In this document: positions 1 through 10,561 of the stretch, piece after piece
How the letters are laid out: each line of letters starts with the position of its first letter
Numbering within the stretch: the first letter of the stretch is position 1
From: Patescibacteria group bacterium
Lineage (GTDB): Bacteria; Patescibacteriota; Patescibacteriia; UBA2591; JABMQE01
Assembly: GCA_018896645.1 (NCBI GenBank)
Contig: JAHIMF010000005.1
Span: forward strand, 997-64,996
DNA: 64,000 nt
Reading direction: 5' to 3'
The notes under the pieces: generated by a model
Databases searched by the model: none
What the model saw: only the letters and a program-made list of their open reading frames with translations
Told to the model about the DNA's origin: nothing
Program-made: the position numbers and the translations under genes

Positions 1-127
1 GGCAAATTTCACTAATCACGAATGTGGTTAATAGGGTTAATAGAGTTAATAGAGTTAATAAACGGTGGTTAATAAATAATTAATAAAAGCGAAGCGCAAT
101 AAATTTAATAAATCAATAAATCAATTT

Positions 128-2806
128 ATGAAGAAGAACATCGTTATAATCGGCTCTGGTTACGTTGGCACAGTCGTTGGCGCTTGTTTAGCTAAACTTG
201 ATCATTCGGTGACTTGTGTTGATAAAGACAGGAAAAAGATTACTAAACTTAAAAAAGGTTTTTCGCCTATTTATGAACCCGGTCTTGAAGAATTGCTTCG
301 GGCGAATTTGTATCAAGGCCGTTTGCATTTTACGACTTCTCTTCCCGATGCTCTAAAAAGCGCGGAAGTTATTTTTATTGCCGTTGGCACTCCATCTAAA
401 CCAGATGGGTCTTGTGAGATGAAATATGTTTGGCAAGTGGCGCATGAGATTGGTCGGCATCTTGATCACTATGCTGTCATTGTAGATAAAAGTACGGTGC
501 CAGTAGGAACAGCTGGGCGGGTTAGAAAAATTATAGAAAGTTATAAAAAAACCGAGTTTGATATAGTTTCTAATCCGGAATTCCAGCGCGAGGGTTCAAG
601 TATCAAGGATTTTTTAGGGCCGGACAGAATTGTGCTCGGAGCTGATTCTCCTAAAGCCAAAAGAATAATGCGCCAAGTTTATAAAAAAATAAAAGCTCCA
701 AAACTAATAATGGATATAGCTTCGGCCGAAATGGTTAAATACGCAGCCAATGCATTTTTAGCCACAAAAATTTCCTACATAAACGAGATTGCCAATATCT
801 GCGAACATGTGGACGCTGATGTTGATGTGGTGGCAGAGGGAGTAGGCATGGACAGGCGGATTGGCTATAGTTTTATGAAAGCCGGGCTTGGTTATGGCGG
901 TAGTTGTTTGACTGAAAATGAGATTATTATTATAAAAAAAGGAAATCAAATTAAATCGATCAAAATCAAAGATCTATTTAATCAAAAATATATAAAGTCA
1001 GATGTGTTGAGTTTTGACATTAATAAGAGAAAGGTTTTGTTCAGACCGATTATCAATATAACTAAAAGAAAATATAAGGGCGATATAGTGTTCATAAAAT
1101 CACGAATGAATAAGATGCTCTCTTGTACTGAAGATCATCCTTTCATTTCTTATGAAGATAGTAGGTTTAAATTGAAGTTGGCAAAAGATTTGTTGTTGAC
1201 TGATAGACTACCTTGTTTTACATCCATGCCTTATATTACAAAAGGGTCTGTAATTGATGTTATATCTATTTTGCCAAAGGATAAATTTGATTATAAAAAA
1301 GTAAGAGTTAGGCCAGTTGGTAAACAGTTTTTAGATGTAAAAGAAAGATTAAGTTCATTTAAAGCTTCCAGACTCAGGGACATCTTGCGCTCAAATTGTA
1401 TGAATCTCGAAGAATTTCTAAAGACTGAAATGAAAACAAAAGATAAAATTTCAAGAAAAGATCTGGTTCTTTTTACTTCAAGGGGCAAGACAACTTATTG
1501 CCCAGCGGTTATTAAAATTGATAATGACTTTTGTCGACTCTTGGGTTATTACATCAGTGAGGGGAATATTCATTATGAGAAAAATTTGAGAGGAACACGA
1601 GCGAGAATAAATATACATTTTAATTCAAATGAAAAAGAATACATTAATGATTTAACAAATATCTTTAATAAATATTCACTTAAATTTGGCTTGCGGGGTA
1701 GAAAAGACATCCCAACTAAATCTTTTTATTTTTCTTCAATTATTTGGGCTTATTTACTAAATAATCATTTAGGCTGTGGAAAGGATTCATATAGCGCGGA
1801 TGTACCTGATATGATTTTTTCCTTAGATAAAGATAAAAAGGCGGAGTTCCTCCGAGGATTATTTAGGGGCGATGGACATGTTGCTTTCCCAAAAGGCACT
1901 AATTCTGTTGTCTATGATTATGGATCAATAAGCTATAGTTTAACTCATAAGTGTATTTTGCTCTTTAATTCAATTGGCATTGTCCCGAGTTATAAGACTT
2001 CGATTTCGAAAAAATCAAGTGATTATGCTCATTTTTTTAGGGTTTCTACTAAAAAACAGATAGAAGCCCTGAGTAATTTTAAAGACAAAAAAACGCAAAG
2101 GAAGATTAATCAGGTATTAAGTAATTGCAAGGACATTAAATCAGTTGGATTTAAGCGAGTTAATTCTGATTTCTGTGCTGTTGAGATTAAAGAATTGAAG
2201 AAAGAATATAAAGAGGTTGATGTATATTCACTTGAGGTTAAAGATACTCAAACTTTTATAACCAGCCATGGTTTAATAGTCCATAATTGTTTCCCCAAAG
2301 ACGTTAAGGCCTTGCATAATATTGCGTTTCAAGATGGTTATGATTTTAAGTTGCTTAAGAGTGTGATTCGGGTTAATCAGCAACAGCGGGAATTGGTGGC
2401 TAATAAAGTAAAGCGAATGCTTGGTAGAAAACTAAAAGGCAAAACAGTGGCGGTTTTAGGGTTAGCGTTTAAAAATAACACCGATGATGTGCGCGAGTCA
2501 GCCGCTATTGATATTATTAAAATACTGCAAAAATCAAAAATAAAAATTCAAGCATATGACCCGATTGCCATAGAAAACGCTAAAAAAGTCTTGGACCGAA
2601 AAATTAAATATTTTACTAATCCCTACAAAGCAGTGACTGGTGCTGACGCGCTGTTAATAGCTACCGAATGGCCGGAATTTATAGATTTAAATTGGAAAAG
2701 GATTAAAAAATTGATGAAATGTCCGAAAATTGTAGATGGCAGGAATTTATTAGAGAGGGCAGAAACGGAGGGGCTGGGGTTTGAGTATTGTGGAGTAGGT
2801 AAATGA
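128..2806 (+). CDS. ugd: UDP-glucose/GDP-mannose 6-dehydrogenase interrupted by an intein
   Basis: N-terminal GSGYVG Rossmann motif, KSTVPVGT, SNPEF, MVKYAANAFLATKIS. The catalytic GYGGS|CFPKD motif is split by a 461-aa insert; exteins total 431 aa. Confidence 0.95.
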   Translation: MKKNIVIIGSGYVGTVVGACLAKLDHSVTCVDKDRKKITKLKKGFSPIYEPGLEELLRANLYQGRLHFTTSLPDALKSAEVIFIAVGTPSKPDGSCEMKYVWQVAHEIGRHLDHYAVIVDKSTVPVGTAGRVRKIIESYKKTEFDIVSNPEFQREGSSIKDFLGPDRIVLGADSPKAKRIMRQVYKKIKAPKLIMDIASAEMVKYAANAFLATKISYINEIANICEHVDADVDVVAEGVGMDRRIGYSFMKAGLGYGGSCLTENEIIIIKKGNQIKSIKIKDLFNQKYIKSDVLSFDINKRKVLFRPIINITKRKYKGDIVFIKSRMNKMLSCTEDHPFISYEDSRFKLKLAKDLLLTDRLPCFTSMPYITKGSVIDVISILPKDKFDYKKVRVRPVGKQFLDVKERLSSFKASRLRDILRSNCMNLEEFLKTEMKTKDKISRKDLVLFTSRGKTTYCPAVIKIDNDFCRLLGYYISEGNIHYEKNLRGTRARINIHFNSNEKEYINDLTNIFNKYSLKFGLRGRKDIPTKSFYFSSIIWAYLLNNHLGCGKDSYSADVPDMIFSLDKDKKAEFLRGLFRGDGHVAFPKGTNSVVYDYGSISYSLTHKCILLFNSIGIVPSYKTSISKKSSDYAHFFRVSTKKQIEALSNFKDKKTQRKINQVLSNCKDIKSVGFKRVNSDFCAVEIKELKKEYKEVDVYSLEVKDTQTFITSHGLIVHNCFPKDVKALHNIAFQDGYDFKLLKSVIRVNQQQRELVANKVKRMLGRKLKGKTVAVLGLAFKNNTDDVRESAAIDIIKILQKSKIKIQAYDPIAIENAKKVLDRKIKYFTNPYKAVTGADALLIATEWPEFIDLNWKRIKKLMKCPKIVDGRNLLERAETEGLGFEYCGVGK
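905..2287 (+). mobile_element. Intein with LAGLIDADG (DOD) homing endonuclease
   Basis: Starts with Cys (CLTENE), has block B CTEDHPF, LAGLIDADG-like LLGYYISEG and FLRGLFRGDG, block F VYSLEV, and ends IVHN followed by Cys+1. Confidence 0.95.
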
Positions 2807-2861
2807 ATATTACTAATTCGCACTAATCTGTACACGAATTGCACCAATCACTAATCCTTTT

Positions 2862-3902
2862 ATGAATAGTTTAGAAAAGAAATTTAAAACAAGATTGAAA
2901 AAAAACGAATTGATGAAAAATTATACGACTTTTAGAATTGGCGGACCGGCTAAGTATTTTTTGGAAGCCAAGTCGGGTGAGGAATTGGTGGAAGCGGTTG
3001 GGTTAGCAAAGGATGATGGATTAGATTATGCAGTGATTGGAAAAGGCAGTAATATTTTAGTGAGTGATCAGGGATATAATGGTCTTATTATAAAAATGTC
3101 GAATGTCGGACATCGGAAGTTAGATGACGCAAGGTTGCTAGTAGACGCTGGATTAGATTTGAAAAAGTTGTCACAGTTTGCGATGGAGAATGGATTAACT
3201 GGCGTAGAGTGGGCGATGGATGTCCCGGGAACAGTGGGCGGGGCTATAACTATGAATGCGGGTTGCTTTGGACAAGAGATGAAGGATTATGTGACAAAAG
3301 TTAAGTATTTAAATAGCCGAGCTTTGGATATTAAAAAAAGTCAAAACTCGAATATCTCAAATATTGCTCAAATTAACTCTAATAATAAATTTAATAAATT
3401 AATAAAAGGAATAAATAACAAACAATGTGAATTTGGTTACCGGGAGAGTATTTTTAAAAAGCATCCTGAATGGATAGTTTTAGAGGCAGAGCTGAAATTA
3501 AAAAAGGGCGATAAAAAGGATATAAAACAAAAAATCAAAGAACAGTTGAGTCAGCGAAGCCAGAAAATTCCCGGGAAGCCTTCAGCCGGGTCAATATTTA
3601 AAAAATATGAAATTCTTAAAGGTGAAAAGTTAAATGAAAAATTGGAGAGAATTTTGCAAAAAGAACACCCAGAGTTTATTAAAAACAATTATATTCCCGC
3701 AGGCTGGCTAATTGAGGAAGCAGGACTGAAAGGTAAAATAGTCGGAGGCGCACAGATTTCCGAAAAGCACGCCAATTTTATTGTTAACTTAGGTAAAGCA
3801 ACCGCTGAACAGATTGTTATACTTATTGCGATAATTAAACAGAAGGTCAGAAATGAATTGGGTATTCAATTGCAGGAAGAGGTGATGTATTTGGGGTTTT
3901 GA
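2862..3902 (+). CDS. murB: UDP-N-acetylenolpyruvoylglucosamine reductase
   Basis: TTFRIGGPA, GKGSN, PGTVGGAITMNAG, FGYRES, PSAGSIF, HANFIVN, LQEEV; carries an Asn-rich insert. Confidence 0.95.
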   Translation: MNSLEKKFKTRLKKNELMKNYTTFRIGGPAKYFLEAKSGEELVEAVGLAKDDGLDYAVIGKGSNILVSDQGYNGLIIKMSNVGHRKLDDARLLVDAGLDLKKLSQFAMENGLTGVEWAMDVPGTVGGAITMNAGCFGQEMKDYVTKVKYLNSRALDIKKSQNSNISNIAQINSNNKFNKLIKGINNKQCEFGYRESIFKKHPEWIVLEAELKLKKGDKKDIKQKIKEQLSQRSQKIPGKPSAGSIFKKYEILKGEKLNEKLERILQKEHPEFIKNNYIPAGWLIEEAGLKGKIVGGAQISEKHANFIVNLGKATAEQIVILIAIIKQKVRNELGIQLQEEVMYLGF

Positions 3903-4003
3903 TTTGTACCGCAAAAGAACAAAAAACATAAATATTCAATAGTTTTGTAGTAAGTGGTGAATTTGTAGTATTTTGTGAGTTTGGTATTTTTGTGAGTTTT
4001 TTC

Positions 4004-4032
4004 TTGACAATAAAACTAATATCAGGTAATAT
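4004..4032 (+). promoter_or_regulatory. sigma70-type promoter of the infA-rpsI cluster
   Basis: TTGACA-17 nt-TAATAT upstream of infA. Confidence 0.55.
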
Positions 4033-4141
4033 TAGTAAAGTATAGAATTAACAGATTATCCAAAAATAAACCCTATTTCAAAGTCGTTAATGGTTTTTTA
4101 AAAACCCATATTTGAACGGCAGGTATTTTAGTATTTATTTT

Positions 4142-4360
4142 ATGGCCAAAAATAAAGAATTTATAGAAACCGAAGGCACGGTTACAGAACTTTTACCTTC
4201 AGCTAGCTTTAAGGTAGAGCTTGAAGACGGTCGAGAGATATTAGCTTATCTTTCGGGCAGAATGCGGATTCATAGGATTCGTCTTTTACCCGGTGATAAA
4301 GTTAAAGTTGAAATGAGCCCGTATGATTTAGACAGGGGGAGAATAACCTATAGGTTTTAA
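4142..4360 (+). CDS. infA: Translation initiation factor IF-1
   Basis: [12 protein letters not shown]...SGRMR...[19 protein letters not shown]; ATG at 4142 preferred over the upstream TTG. Confidence 0.97.
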   Translation: MAKNKEFIETEGTVTELLPSASFKVELEDGREILAYLSGRMRIHRIRLLPGDKVKVEMSPYDLDRGRITYRF

Positions 4361-4441
4361 TTTTCACGAGGCACGATACACATGACATGAGGCAAAATAT
4401 TAGTGTATCATGTTATGTGTATCGCGAATCGTGTTATTTAT

Positions 4442-4555
4442 ATGAAAGTTAGATCATCCGTTAAAAAAATATGTAAGGAATGCAAAATAGTGCGCCGTAA
4501 AAAACGTCTCTATGTTATTTGTCGTAACCCAAAGCATAAACAACGACAAGGCTAA
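4442..4555 (+). CDS. rpmJ: 50S ribosomal protein L36 (absent from the ORF track)
   Basis: Hand translation [37 protein letters not shown]. Confidence 0.97.
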   Translation: MKVRSSVKKICKECKIVRRKKRLYVICRNPKHKQRQG

Positions 4556-4569
4556 AAAATATTAAAAAT

Positions 4570-4959
4570 ATGGCAAGAATAGCTGGAGTTAATTTACCCA
4601 ATGACAAAAGGATAGAAATAGGTTTAACCTATATTTTTGGTGTTGGCCGGAGTTTATCAAATAATATTTTAAGTCAATTAAAAATTAACCCTGATACCCG
4701 GGTAAAAGATTTAAATGAAACTGATGCGAACAAGCTTAGGGATATCCTTGAAAAGAATCACCGTGTGGAGGGAGAATTAAAAAGAGAAATTTTAACCAAT
4801 ATTAAACGTTTGAAAGAAATCGGTTCTTATCGGGGAATAAGACATGCTAGACATTTACCAGTTCGTGGACAACGGACAAAAACCAACACCCGGACCGTTA
4901 GAGGTAATGTCAGACGGACAGCGACCAGCGGGCGAAAACGAGCGCTAGAGAAGACATAA
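4570..4959 (+). CDS. rpsM: 30S ribosomal protein S13
   Basis: [27 protein letters not shown]. Confidence 0.97.
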   Translation: MARIAGVNLPNDKRIEIGLTYIFGVGRSLSNNILSQLKINPDTRVKDLNETDANKLRDILEKNHRVEGELKREILTNIKRLKEIGSYRGIRHARHLPVRGQRTKTNTRTVRGNVRRTATSGRKRALEKT

Positions 4960-5056
4960 AAGACATAAATACAATTCTTTGTAATAGTCCGATCACTTAG
5001 GCAGAAAAGTAAAAGGGTGGGCTTAATTAAGCTAAATAAATCAATAATTAAATTTC

Positions 5057-5581
5057 ATGGCAGAAGATAAAAAAACAGAATTAAAAATTGAGAATAAGAA
5101 TCAGTCATTGGATAACTTAGAAGTTAATGAAAACAAGGAAGATGGGCTCATTGTCCCTGAAAAAAAAGAGGGCCAGGTTAAAATTGAAAAAGGCAAAAAG
5201 GGCAAGAGTAAAAAAAGGAAAGTTATCAAGATGATTAAAAGTGGTCATGTTTATGTCCAAGCAAGTTATAATAATACAATAATAACAATTGCCGATCAAA
5301 ATGGTAATGTGATTAGTTGGGCTAGCGCCGGGAAGTGCGGTTTTAAAGGTCCTAAAAAGGCAACTCCCTATGCGGCCGGGATAATAGTTAAAACAGCAGC
5401 CGAAAAAGCGATTAAAGAACGAGGTCTTAAAGAGGTCTATGTCTTTGTTAAGGGCGTTGGTGCCGGTCGGGAGGCGGCTGTTAGGGCTTTAAATGCGAAT
5501 GGGTTGGCGGTACTATCAATAAAAGATGTTACTCCAACACCTCATAATGGATGTCGGCCGCCGAAGGTTAGGAGGGTATAA
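5057..5581 (+). CDS. rpsK: 30S ribosomal protein S11 with long N-terminal extension
   Basis: [44 protein letters not shown]. Confidence 0.96.
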   Translation: MAEDKKTELKIENKNQSLDNLEVNENKEDGLIVPEKKEGQVKIEKGKKGKSKKRKVIKMIKSGHVYVQASYNNTIITIADQNGNVISWASAGKCGFKGPKKATPYAAGIIVKTAAEKAIKERGLKEVYVFVKGVGAGREAAVRALNANGLAVLSIKDVTPTPHNGCRPPKVRRV

Positions 5582-5812
5582 TTTTATAAATTTTGTTTTT
5601 TTAAATAAATACGAGTGAGAAAATCGTTGTCAGAAATCAGAGAACAGTTACCGAAAACAGAAAGCTGAAGTCAGTTTTGGGGGTCGATAGTAAGACTTAA
5701 ATCATGAATTTCAGGACTGTTCTCTGATTTCTAATTTCTGAAACCGACTTCGGCTTTCTGTCAACTGATTTCTATCAAATTTAAGCTCACAAATTGTGAT
5801 AATAAAAATATC

Positions 5813-6448
5813 ATGGCACGTAACCTAGATCCAAAATGTAAACAATGCAGACGAATTGGCGAAAAGCTCTTTTTAAAGGGCGAGCGTTGTAATTCGACAA
5901 AATGCGCATTAGTTAAGCGAAAGTATCCACCGGGTGTCCATGGCCCTAAACGAAGAATAAGAGTTTCGGAATATGGTTTGCAGCTGCGCGAGAAACAAAA
6001 AGCCAAAAAAATGTATAGATTAATGGAAACCCAATTTGCGAATTATGTGAAAAAAGCCATGAACCTAAGCGGCGACGCTGGCAATAATTTGTTGGGCCTG
6101 CTGGAACAAAGGCTGGATAGTGTTTTATATAGGACCGGCATAGTAAAATCCCGAGATGCAGCTCGACAGGCAATATCTCATGGTTTGATTAAGGTTAATG
6201 GCAAAAAGGTTGATATTCCATCTTATATTCTTAGGGTCGGTGAAGTGGTTACTGTTAAAGACTCCAGCATCCTTGTTAAACAGTTTAAGGAGGAGGGCGC
6301 TAAAACTAAGAAAGAGAACGAATCTTTACCAAACTGGATAAGTTTGGATCCAAAAATTTTAGAAATTAAAGTATTAACTGCGCCAGATGCGGCTGATTTG
6401 CCGCACAACCTGGATATTCGATTAATTATTGAGTATTACTCTAGATAA
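5813..6448 (+). CDS. rpsD: 30S ribosomal protein S4
   Basis: CRR.GEKLFLKGERC, SEYGLQLREKQK, LEQRLD, IIEYYSR. Confidence 0.97.
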   Translation: MARNLDPKCKQCRRIGEKLFLKGERCNSTKCALVKRKYPPGVHGPKRRIRVSEYGLQLREKQKAKKMYRLMETQFANYVKKAMNLSGDAGNNLLGLLEQRLDSVLYRTGIVKSRDAARQAISHGLIKVNGKKVDIPSYILRVGEVVTVKDSSILVKQFKEEGAKTKKENESLPNWISLDPKILEIKVLTAPDAADLPHNLDIRLIIEYYSR

Positions 6449-6600
6449 TTCTTTTCTGTTCGTCAATTTTTTGTGTGTATTTGTTTTCATTTTCCGCGTG
6501 TTATCGTCTTTATAATTATTTAAAAATTAAAACACACAAAGGTTTTACAAAAGCACATGAAAAATGAAATATTCACTTAATAAATTTTTAAAATAAAACT

Positions 6601-7509
6601 ATGCAAAAAATTCCTTTACCAAAAAATATTAATGTGGAAGAAGACAAGGAAAACAAAAATCACGCTATCGTGACAATTGGTCCTTGTTACCCTGGTTATG
6701 GAACCACTATTGGCAATGCCCTAAGAAGGGTTTTACTTTCTTCTTTACCGGGTGCGGCAGTTACCGCTTTCAAAGTTAAGGGTGCCCCGCACGAGTTCTC
6801 AACGATTCCTGGAGTAAAAGAAGATGTGGTGGACATAATGTTAAATTTAAAGCAACTTCATCTGCGAGTTTTCAATGAGGAGCCGGTAGAACTTAATTTA
6901 AACGTTAAGGGAGAGAAACCGGTAAAAGCCTGTGATATCAGTAAGAATTCTGATGTAGAGATAATTAATCAAAACTTGGTGATTTGTCATTTAACCGATA
7001 AAAATGTCAAATTAGAAATGAAGATTTGGGTTGAGCCGGGACGGGGGTACGTTCCTGTTGATGAGAAGAGAGACGTGAAGCCAGAAATAGGCGTTATTCA
7101 AATTGATGCTTTTTATAGTCCGATAGAAAAAGTCGGTTTTAGGAAAGAAAATGTCCGTGTGGGCGAAAGAACTAATTATGACAAGTTGATTTTAGACATT
7201 GAGACCGATGGTACGATTACTCCCGAAGGGGCGGTATTGGAGGCAGGGAAGATTTTAGTTGAGCAATTTAGTTTTGTAGCTAGCGATGGAAAAGTTGAAG
7301 AAAAAAAGGAAGACGAACAGGGGATCAGTGAAGAGGTCGATGTCCCCAAAGAGGAAAAAGTAGAGGATAGCGAAACAGCCGGAGAAGATGAGGAGGCGAA
7401 AGAGGAAAAACAAGAAGAAAACCAGGAAGAGAAACCTGCCTCGCCAAGTCAAGGCGAGCCAAAGAAGAAGCGGGGAAGACCGAAGAAAGTTGAAAAAGTT
7501 ATAAGTTAG
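6601..7509 (+). CDS. rpoA: RNA polymerase alpha subunit (acidic tail instead of a recognisable alpha-CTD)
   Basis: GYGTTIGNALRRVLLSSLPGAAV, HEFSTIPGVKEDV, GRGYVP, RVGERTNYDKL. Confidence 0.96.
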   Translation: MQKIPLPKNINVEEDKENKNHAIVTIGPCYPGYGTTIGNALRRVLLSSLPGAAVTAFKVKGAPHEFSTIPGVKEDVVDIMLNLKQLHLRVFNEEPVELNLNVKGEKPVKACDISKNSDVEIINQNLVICHLTDKNVKLEMKIWVEPGRGYVPVDEKRDVKPEIGVIQIDAFYSPIEKVGFRKENVRVGERTNYDKLILDIETDGTITPEGAVLEAGKILVEQFSFVASDGKVEEKKEDEQGISEEVDVPKEEKVEDSETAGEDEEAKEEKQEENQEEKPASPSQGEPKKKRGRPKKVEKVIS

Positions 7510-7568
7510 ACTAGTTACCTGCCTGCCGTCAGGCAGGGATCGATTATTAGTTAATTGATTTATTTTTT

Positions 7569-7919
7569 ATGAGACACCAAAAGAAGGGACGGAAATTGGG
7601 GAGGAAGACTGGACCGAGGACAGCTTTGATGAAAAATCTAGCTGATAGTTTGATTTTGTATGAAAAAATTAAGACTACGGAAGCCAAAGCTAAAGAACTA
7701 CGCCCGTATGTGGAACGACTACTTACCAGTGCTAAAAAAAATACATTGGTAGCCCGGCGGACGCTTATCTCTAAATTAAAGACCGAGAACGCAGTGAAAA
7801 AAACTTTGGAGGTATACGGTCCGAAATATAAAGACAGAAAAGGCGGATATACGCGGATTGTAAAACTGGAACCACGAAAGGGTGATGGCGCGCAGATGGC
7901 ACAGATTGAATTTGTATGA
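7569..7919 (+). CDS. rplQ: 50S ribosomal protein L17
   Basis: MRHQKKGRKLGR, IKTTEAKAKELR, RKGGYTRI, RKGDGA. Confidence 0.97.
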   Translation: MRHQKKGRKLGRKTGPRTALMKNLADSLILYEKIKTTEAKAKELRPYVERLLTSAKKNTLVARRTLISKLKTENAVKKTLEVYGPKYKDRKGGYTRIVKLEPRKGDGAQMAQIEFV

Positions 7920-7981
7920 TTGGAGATAATTGATAATTTTTTAAAAACTTTGTTTATCGCAATAAATTAACCTAATTGAGA

Positions 7982-8341
7982 ATGGTCAAATCTATAGAGC
8001 GAAAAAAACATACTATTGACGCGACAGGTAAAGCACCGGGCAGGTTAGCCAGCGGGATTGCCATAATTCTGCGCGGGAAAAATAAATCTAATTTTGTGCC
8101 TTATCTAGATCAAGGTGATTTTGTGATTATTGAAAATGTTGGTAAAATGAAATTTACTGGTAAAAAATTAGAACAAAAAGAATATTTTAGCCACTCTACA
8201 TACCCAGGTCATCTAAAACGCAGATCAGTTAAAGCAGTCTTTGCTGAAAATCCCGGCTTAGTATTACAGAAAGCCGTGAAAAACATGTTGCCAGCGAATA
8301 AGCTGCGGGACGGGATGATGAAGAGATTGGTTATTAAATGA
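7982..8341 (+). CDS. rplM: 50S ribosomal protein L13
   Basis: IDATGKAPGRLAS, LRGKNK, D.GDFVII.N, HSTYPG, AVKNMLP.NKL. Confidence 0.94.
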   Translation: MVKSIERKKHTIDATGKAPGRLASGIAIILRGKNKSNFVPYLDQGDFVIIENVGKMKFTGKKLEQKEYFSHSTYPGHLKRRSVKAVFAENPGLVLQKAVKNMLPANKLRDGMMKRLVIK

Positions 8342-8360
8342 GGCGATGATTTATCTTATA

Positions 8361-8518
8361 AATTCACCTAATTCACCTAATTTCTAATTCACCTAATAAA
8401 AATCCAAATTCAAAATGTCAAATATCAAATCAATAACAAAATCTAAAATCCAAACTAAAAAAATTGACATTAAATCATTTGTCATTGATTTGATATTTTA
8501 AATTTGGATTTTTGAATT
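8361..8518. repeat. Empty inverted low-complexity repeat pair (AATTCACCT / AAATCCAAA family)
   Basis: Left arm aattcacctaattcacctaatttctaatt...tcaaaatgtcaaat; right arm ttgacattaaatcatttgtcattgatttgat...tttggatttttgaatt. Confidence 0.7.
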
Positions 8519-8529
8519 ACTTTATAATT

Positions 8530-8970
8530 ATGTATCCGACCGCTAAAAAAGAAAAAACTGAAGATAAACCCACCAATAAAGGAAAATATTTTTATGCTGT
8601 TTCTGGTCGCAAAAGTTCAAAAGCGACTAGCCGTCTTTATCCGAAAGGTAAAGGAAGGATTACGGTTAATGAAAAGGATTATAAAGAATATTTTCCTTAT
8701 TTTGAATTTCAGCAAATTGTTGAGGCCCCATTAAAATTGGTAGGTGAAGATGGTAAGATAGACCTCACGATTCGTGTCAAAGGCGGGGGTACCCGCGGCC
8801 AGGCTGAAGCAGTTAGAAGCGCAATCGCTAAATCTTTAGATAAATATAATAATGAATATCATACTTCTTTGAAAAAAGATGGTTTTTTAACAAGAGATCC
8901 GCGGAAAAAGGAAAGGAAAAAACCCGGACTTAAAGGAGCGCGAAGGGCGCCGCAGTGGGCGAAGCGGTAA
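8530..8970 (+). CDS. rpsI: 30S ribosomal protein S9
   Basis: GRKSS.A, V.GGG..GQAEA.R, LTRDPRKKERKKPGLKGARRAPQWAKR. Confidence 0.97.
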   Translation: MYPTAKKEKTEDKPTNKGKYFYAVSGRKSSKATSRLYPKGKGRITVNEKDYKEYFPYFEFQQIVEAPLKLVGEDGKIDLTIRVKGGGTRGQAEAVRSAIAKSLDKYNNEYHTSLKKDGFLTRDPRKKERKKPGLKGARRAPQWAKR

Positions 8971-9002
8971 TCTTGGATTAATTAATTTACTGATATATAA
9001 TT

Positions 9003-9025
9003 ACCCCGTGCCAAGCGGGGTTTTT
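9003..9025 (+). terminator. Intrinsic terminator after rpsI
   Basis: accccg...cggggt hairpin followed by a T run. Confidence 0.6.
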
Positions 9026-9070
9026 GTGTGGTATAATGTTAGTAACTAGGGACTGATAATAAAATAATCT

Positions 9071-10516
9071 ATGAGTAAGATCGCCCGCAACACAACTTAT
9101 TTAACTGCCGCCTATGTCTTTCAAAAAGCCACGGCTTTTGTTTATTTTGCTTTGATTGCCAGGCATTTTGGCGTGGATTTGCTCGGAAAATATACGTTTT
9201 CTGTATTTTTTGTTATGCTTCTCTCAATTTTAATCGATTTGGGTCTCAATCAAGTTTTGACCAGAGAAATTGCCAAATATCCAGAAAAAACTAATGAATA
9301 TTTTGACAATATTTTTAGCTTTAAGATTTTATTGGGCATCGTGGTCTATGGCTTGGCGATTTTCTTAGTGTATGTTTTGGGGTATCCGCAGATTACTAAA
9401 AATTTGGTGATGATCACTGGCGTGATAATGTTTTTCGATGGTTTAACGCAAACCATGCATGCCACTATGCGCGGTCATCAGAATTTAAAATACGAAAGCA
9501 TTGGCACTGTAATTTATCAAACCGTGGAAATTGGAATCGGGGCTTGCGTGCTTCTTTTTCACTGGCCAATTTATGGTTTAGCAATTGCAATTTTGGGTGG
9601 TAGTTTGGGAAATTTTACTTACACGATTTCAAGAATTGTCAACGTTTTTAAAGTAAAAATCGGCATTCTTTTTGAAAAAGCCGTGATTAAAAATTTATTA
9701 CGTTTAGCTGCACCATTTTTTATTGCTGGCGTTTTTATAAAAGTTTATTCTCATATTGATTCTGTACTTTTAACTAAACTGGCCGGCGATGCTGCCATGG
9801 GATTTTACAGCGTACCGTATAAGCTCGTATTTTCATTGCAAGTCTTGCCCATGGCTTTTGGCGCCAGTGTTTATCCGGCTTTTTCGCATTATTGGCTTAA
9901 GTCTCGCGAGCTGCTTAAAAATACTTTTGAAAAATCCTTTTTCTATTTAATGGTCACGGTATTGCCAATAACATTTCGCACTATTGCATTGGCCGATCAA
10001 ATTATTGTCAAAGTGTACAGCAATCAATACGAACCTTCTATTCTCGCTTTGAAAATTTTAATTATCAGCGCTTTTTTTTCATTTTTAACTTTTCCTATTG
10101 GCGCGCTTCTCAATGCTTGCGACCGGCAGAAAACCAATACTCGCAACATTGGAATTGTTATGGTTATTAATATTGTTTTAAATTTAATACTGATACCCCG
10201 CCTTTCTTTTGTCGGCGCTAGTATTGCCGCTTTATGCAGCCAAGTCCTTCTTTTTACGTTGGGCTTGGCCTATGTTTCCGGGATTATTCATTATGACAAA
10301 AAATATTTGGGATGGTCATTTATTAAAATTGTATTAGCGAGTGCTGTAATGGGTGGTTTAGCTTATCTTGTTAAAGATCAGGTTCATGTGGTTTTTAATA
10401 TTGCAATTGCGGGGTTGGTGTATATTGGGATGATTATGGTTAGCGCCACCGTATCAAAAAGTGACATTAAAGAGATGCTCCGTTTGGCGAAATTTAAGAA
10501 AATGGATAAAATTTAG
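9071..10516 (+). CDS. Wzx-type oligosaccharide flippase
   Basis: Many TM helices; IARNT..L, G.Y.F, DLGL.Q.LTREIA pattern; glycosyltransferase context. Confidence 0.88.
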   Translation: MSKIARNTTYLTAAYVFQKATAFVYFALIARHFGVDLLGKYTFSVFFVMLLSILIDLGLNQVLTREIAKYPEKTNEYFDNIFSFKILLGIVVYGLAIFLVYVLGYPQITKNLVMITGVIMFFDGLTQTMHATMRGHQNLKYESIGTVIYQTVEIGIGACVLLFHWPIYGLAIAILGGSLGNFTYTISRIVNVFKVKIGILFEKAVIKNLLRLAAPFFIAGVFIKVYSHIDSVLLTKLAGDAAMGFYSVPYKLVFSLQVLPMAFGASVYPAFSHYWLKSRELLKNTFEKSFFYLMVTVLPITFRTIALADQIIVKVYSNQYEPSILALKILIISAFFSFLTFPIGALLNACDRQKTNTRNIGIVMVINIVLNLILIPRLSFVGASIAALCSQVLLFTLGLAYVSGIIHYDKKYLGWSFIKIVLASAVMGGLAYLVKDQVHVVFNIAIAGLVYIGMIMVSATVSKSDIKEMLRLAKFKKMDKI

Positions 10517-10518
10517 CA

Positions 10519-10544
10519 TGGAGCCATTCGCACGAATGGTTCCA
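10519..10544. repeat. 12-2-12 palindrome (ATTCG-NN-CGAAT family), solo copy
   Basis: tggagccattcg-ca-cgaatggttcca; one mismatch to the copy at 61008. Confidence 0.85.
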
Positions 10545-10561
10545 GAGATAAAATATAAATT

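Noticed and set aside
9976-9978. Arg in a flippase TM helix (ITFRTIAL)
   Set aside because: A single codon; it cannot be distinguished from polymorphism or sequencing error.
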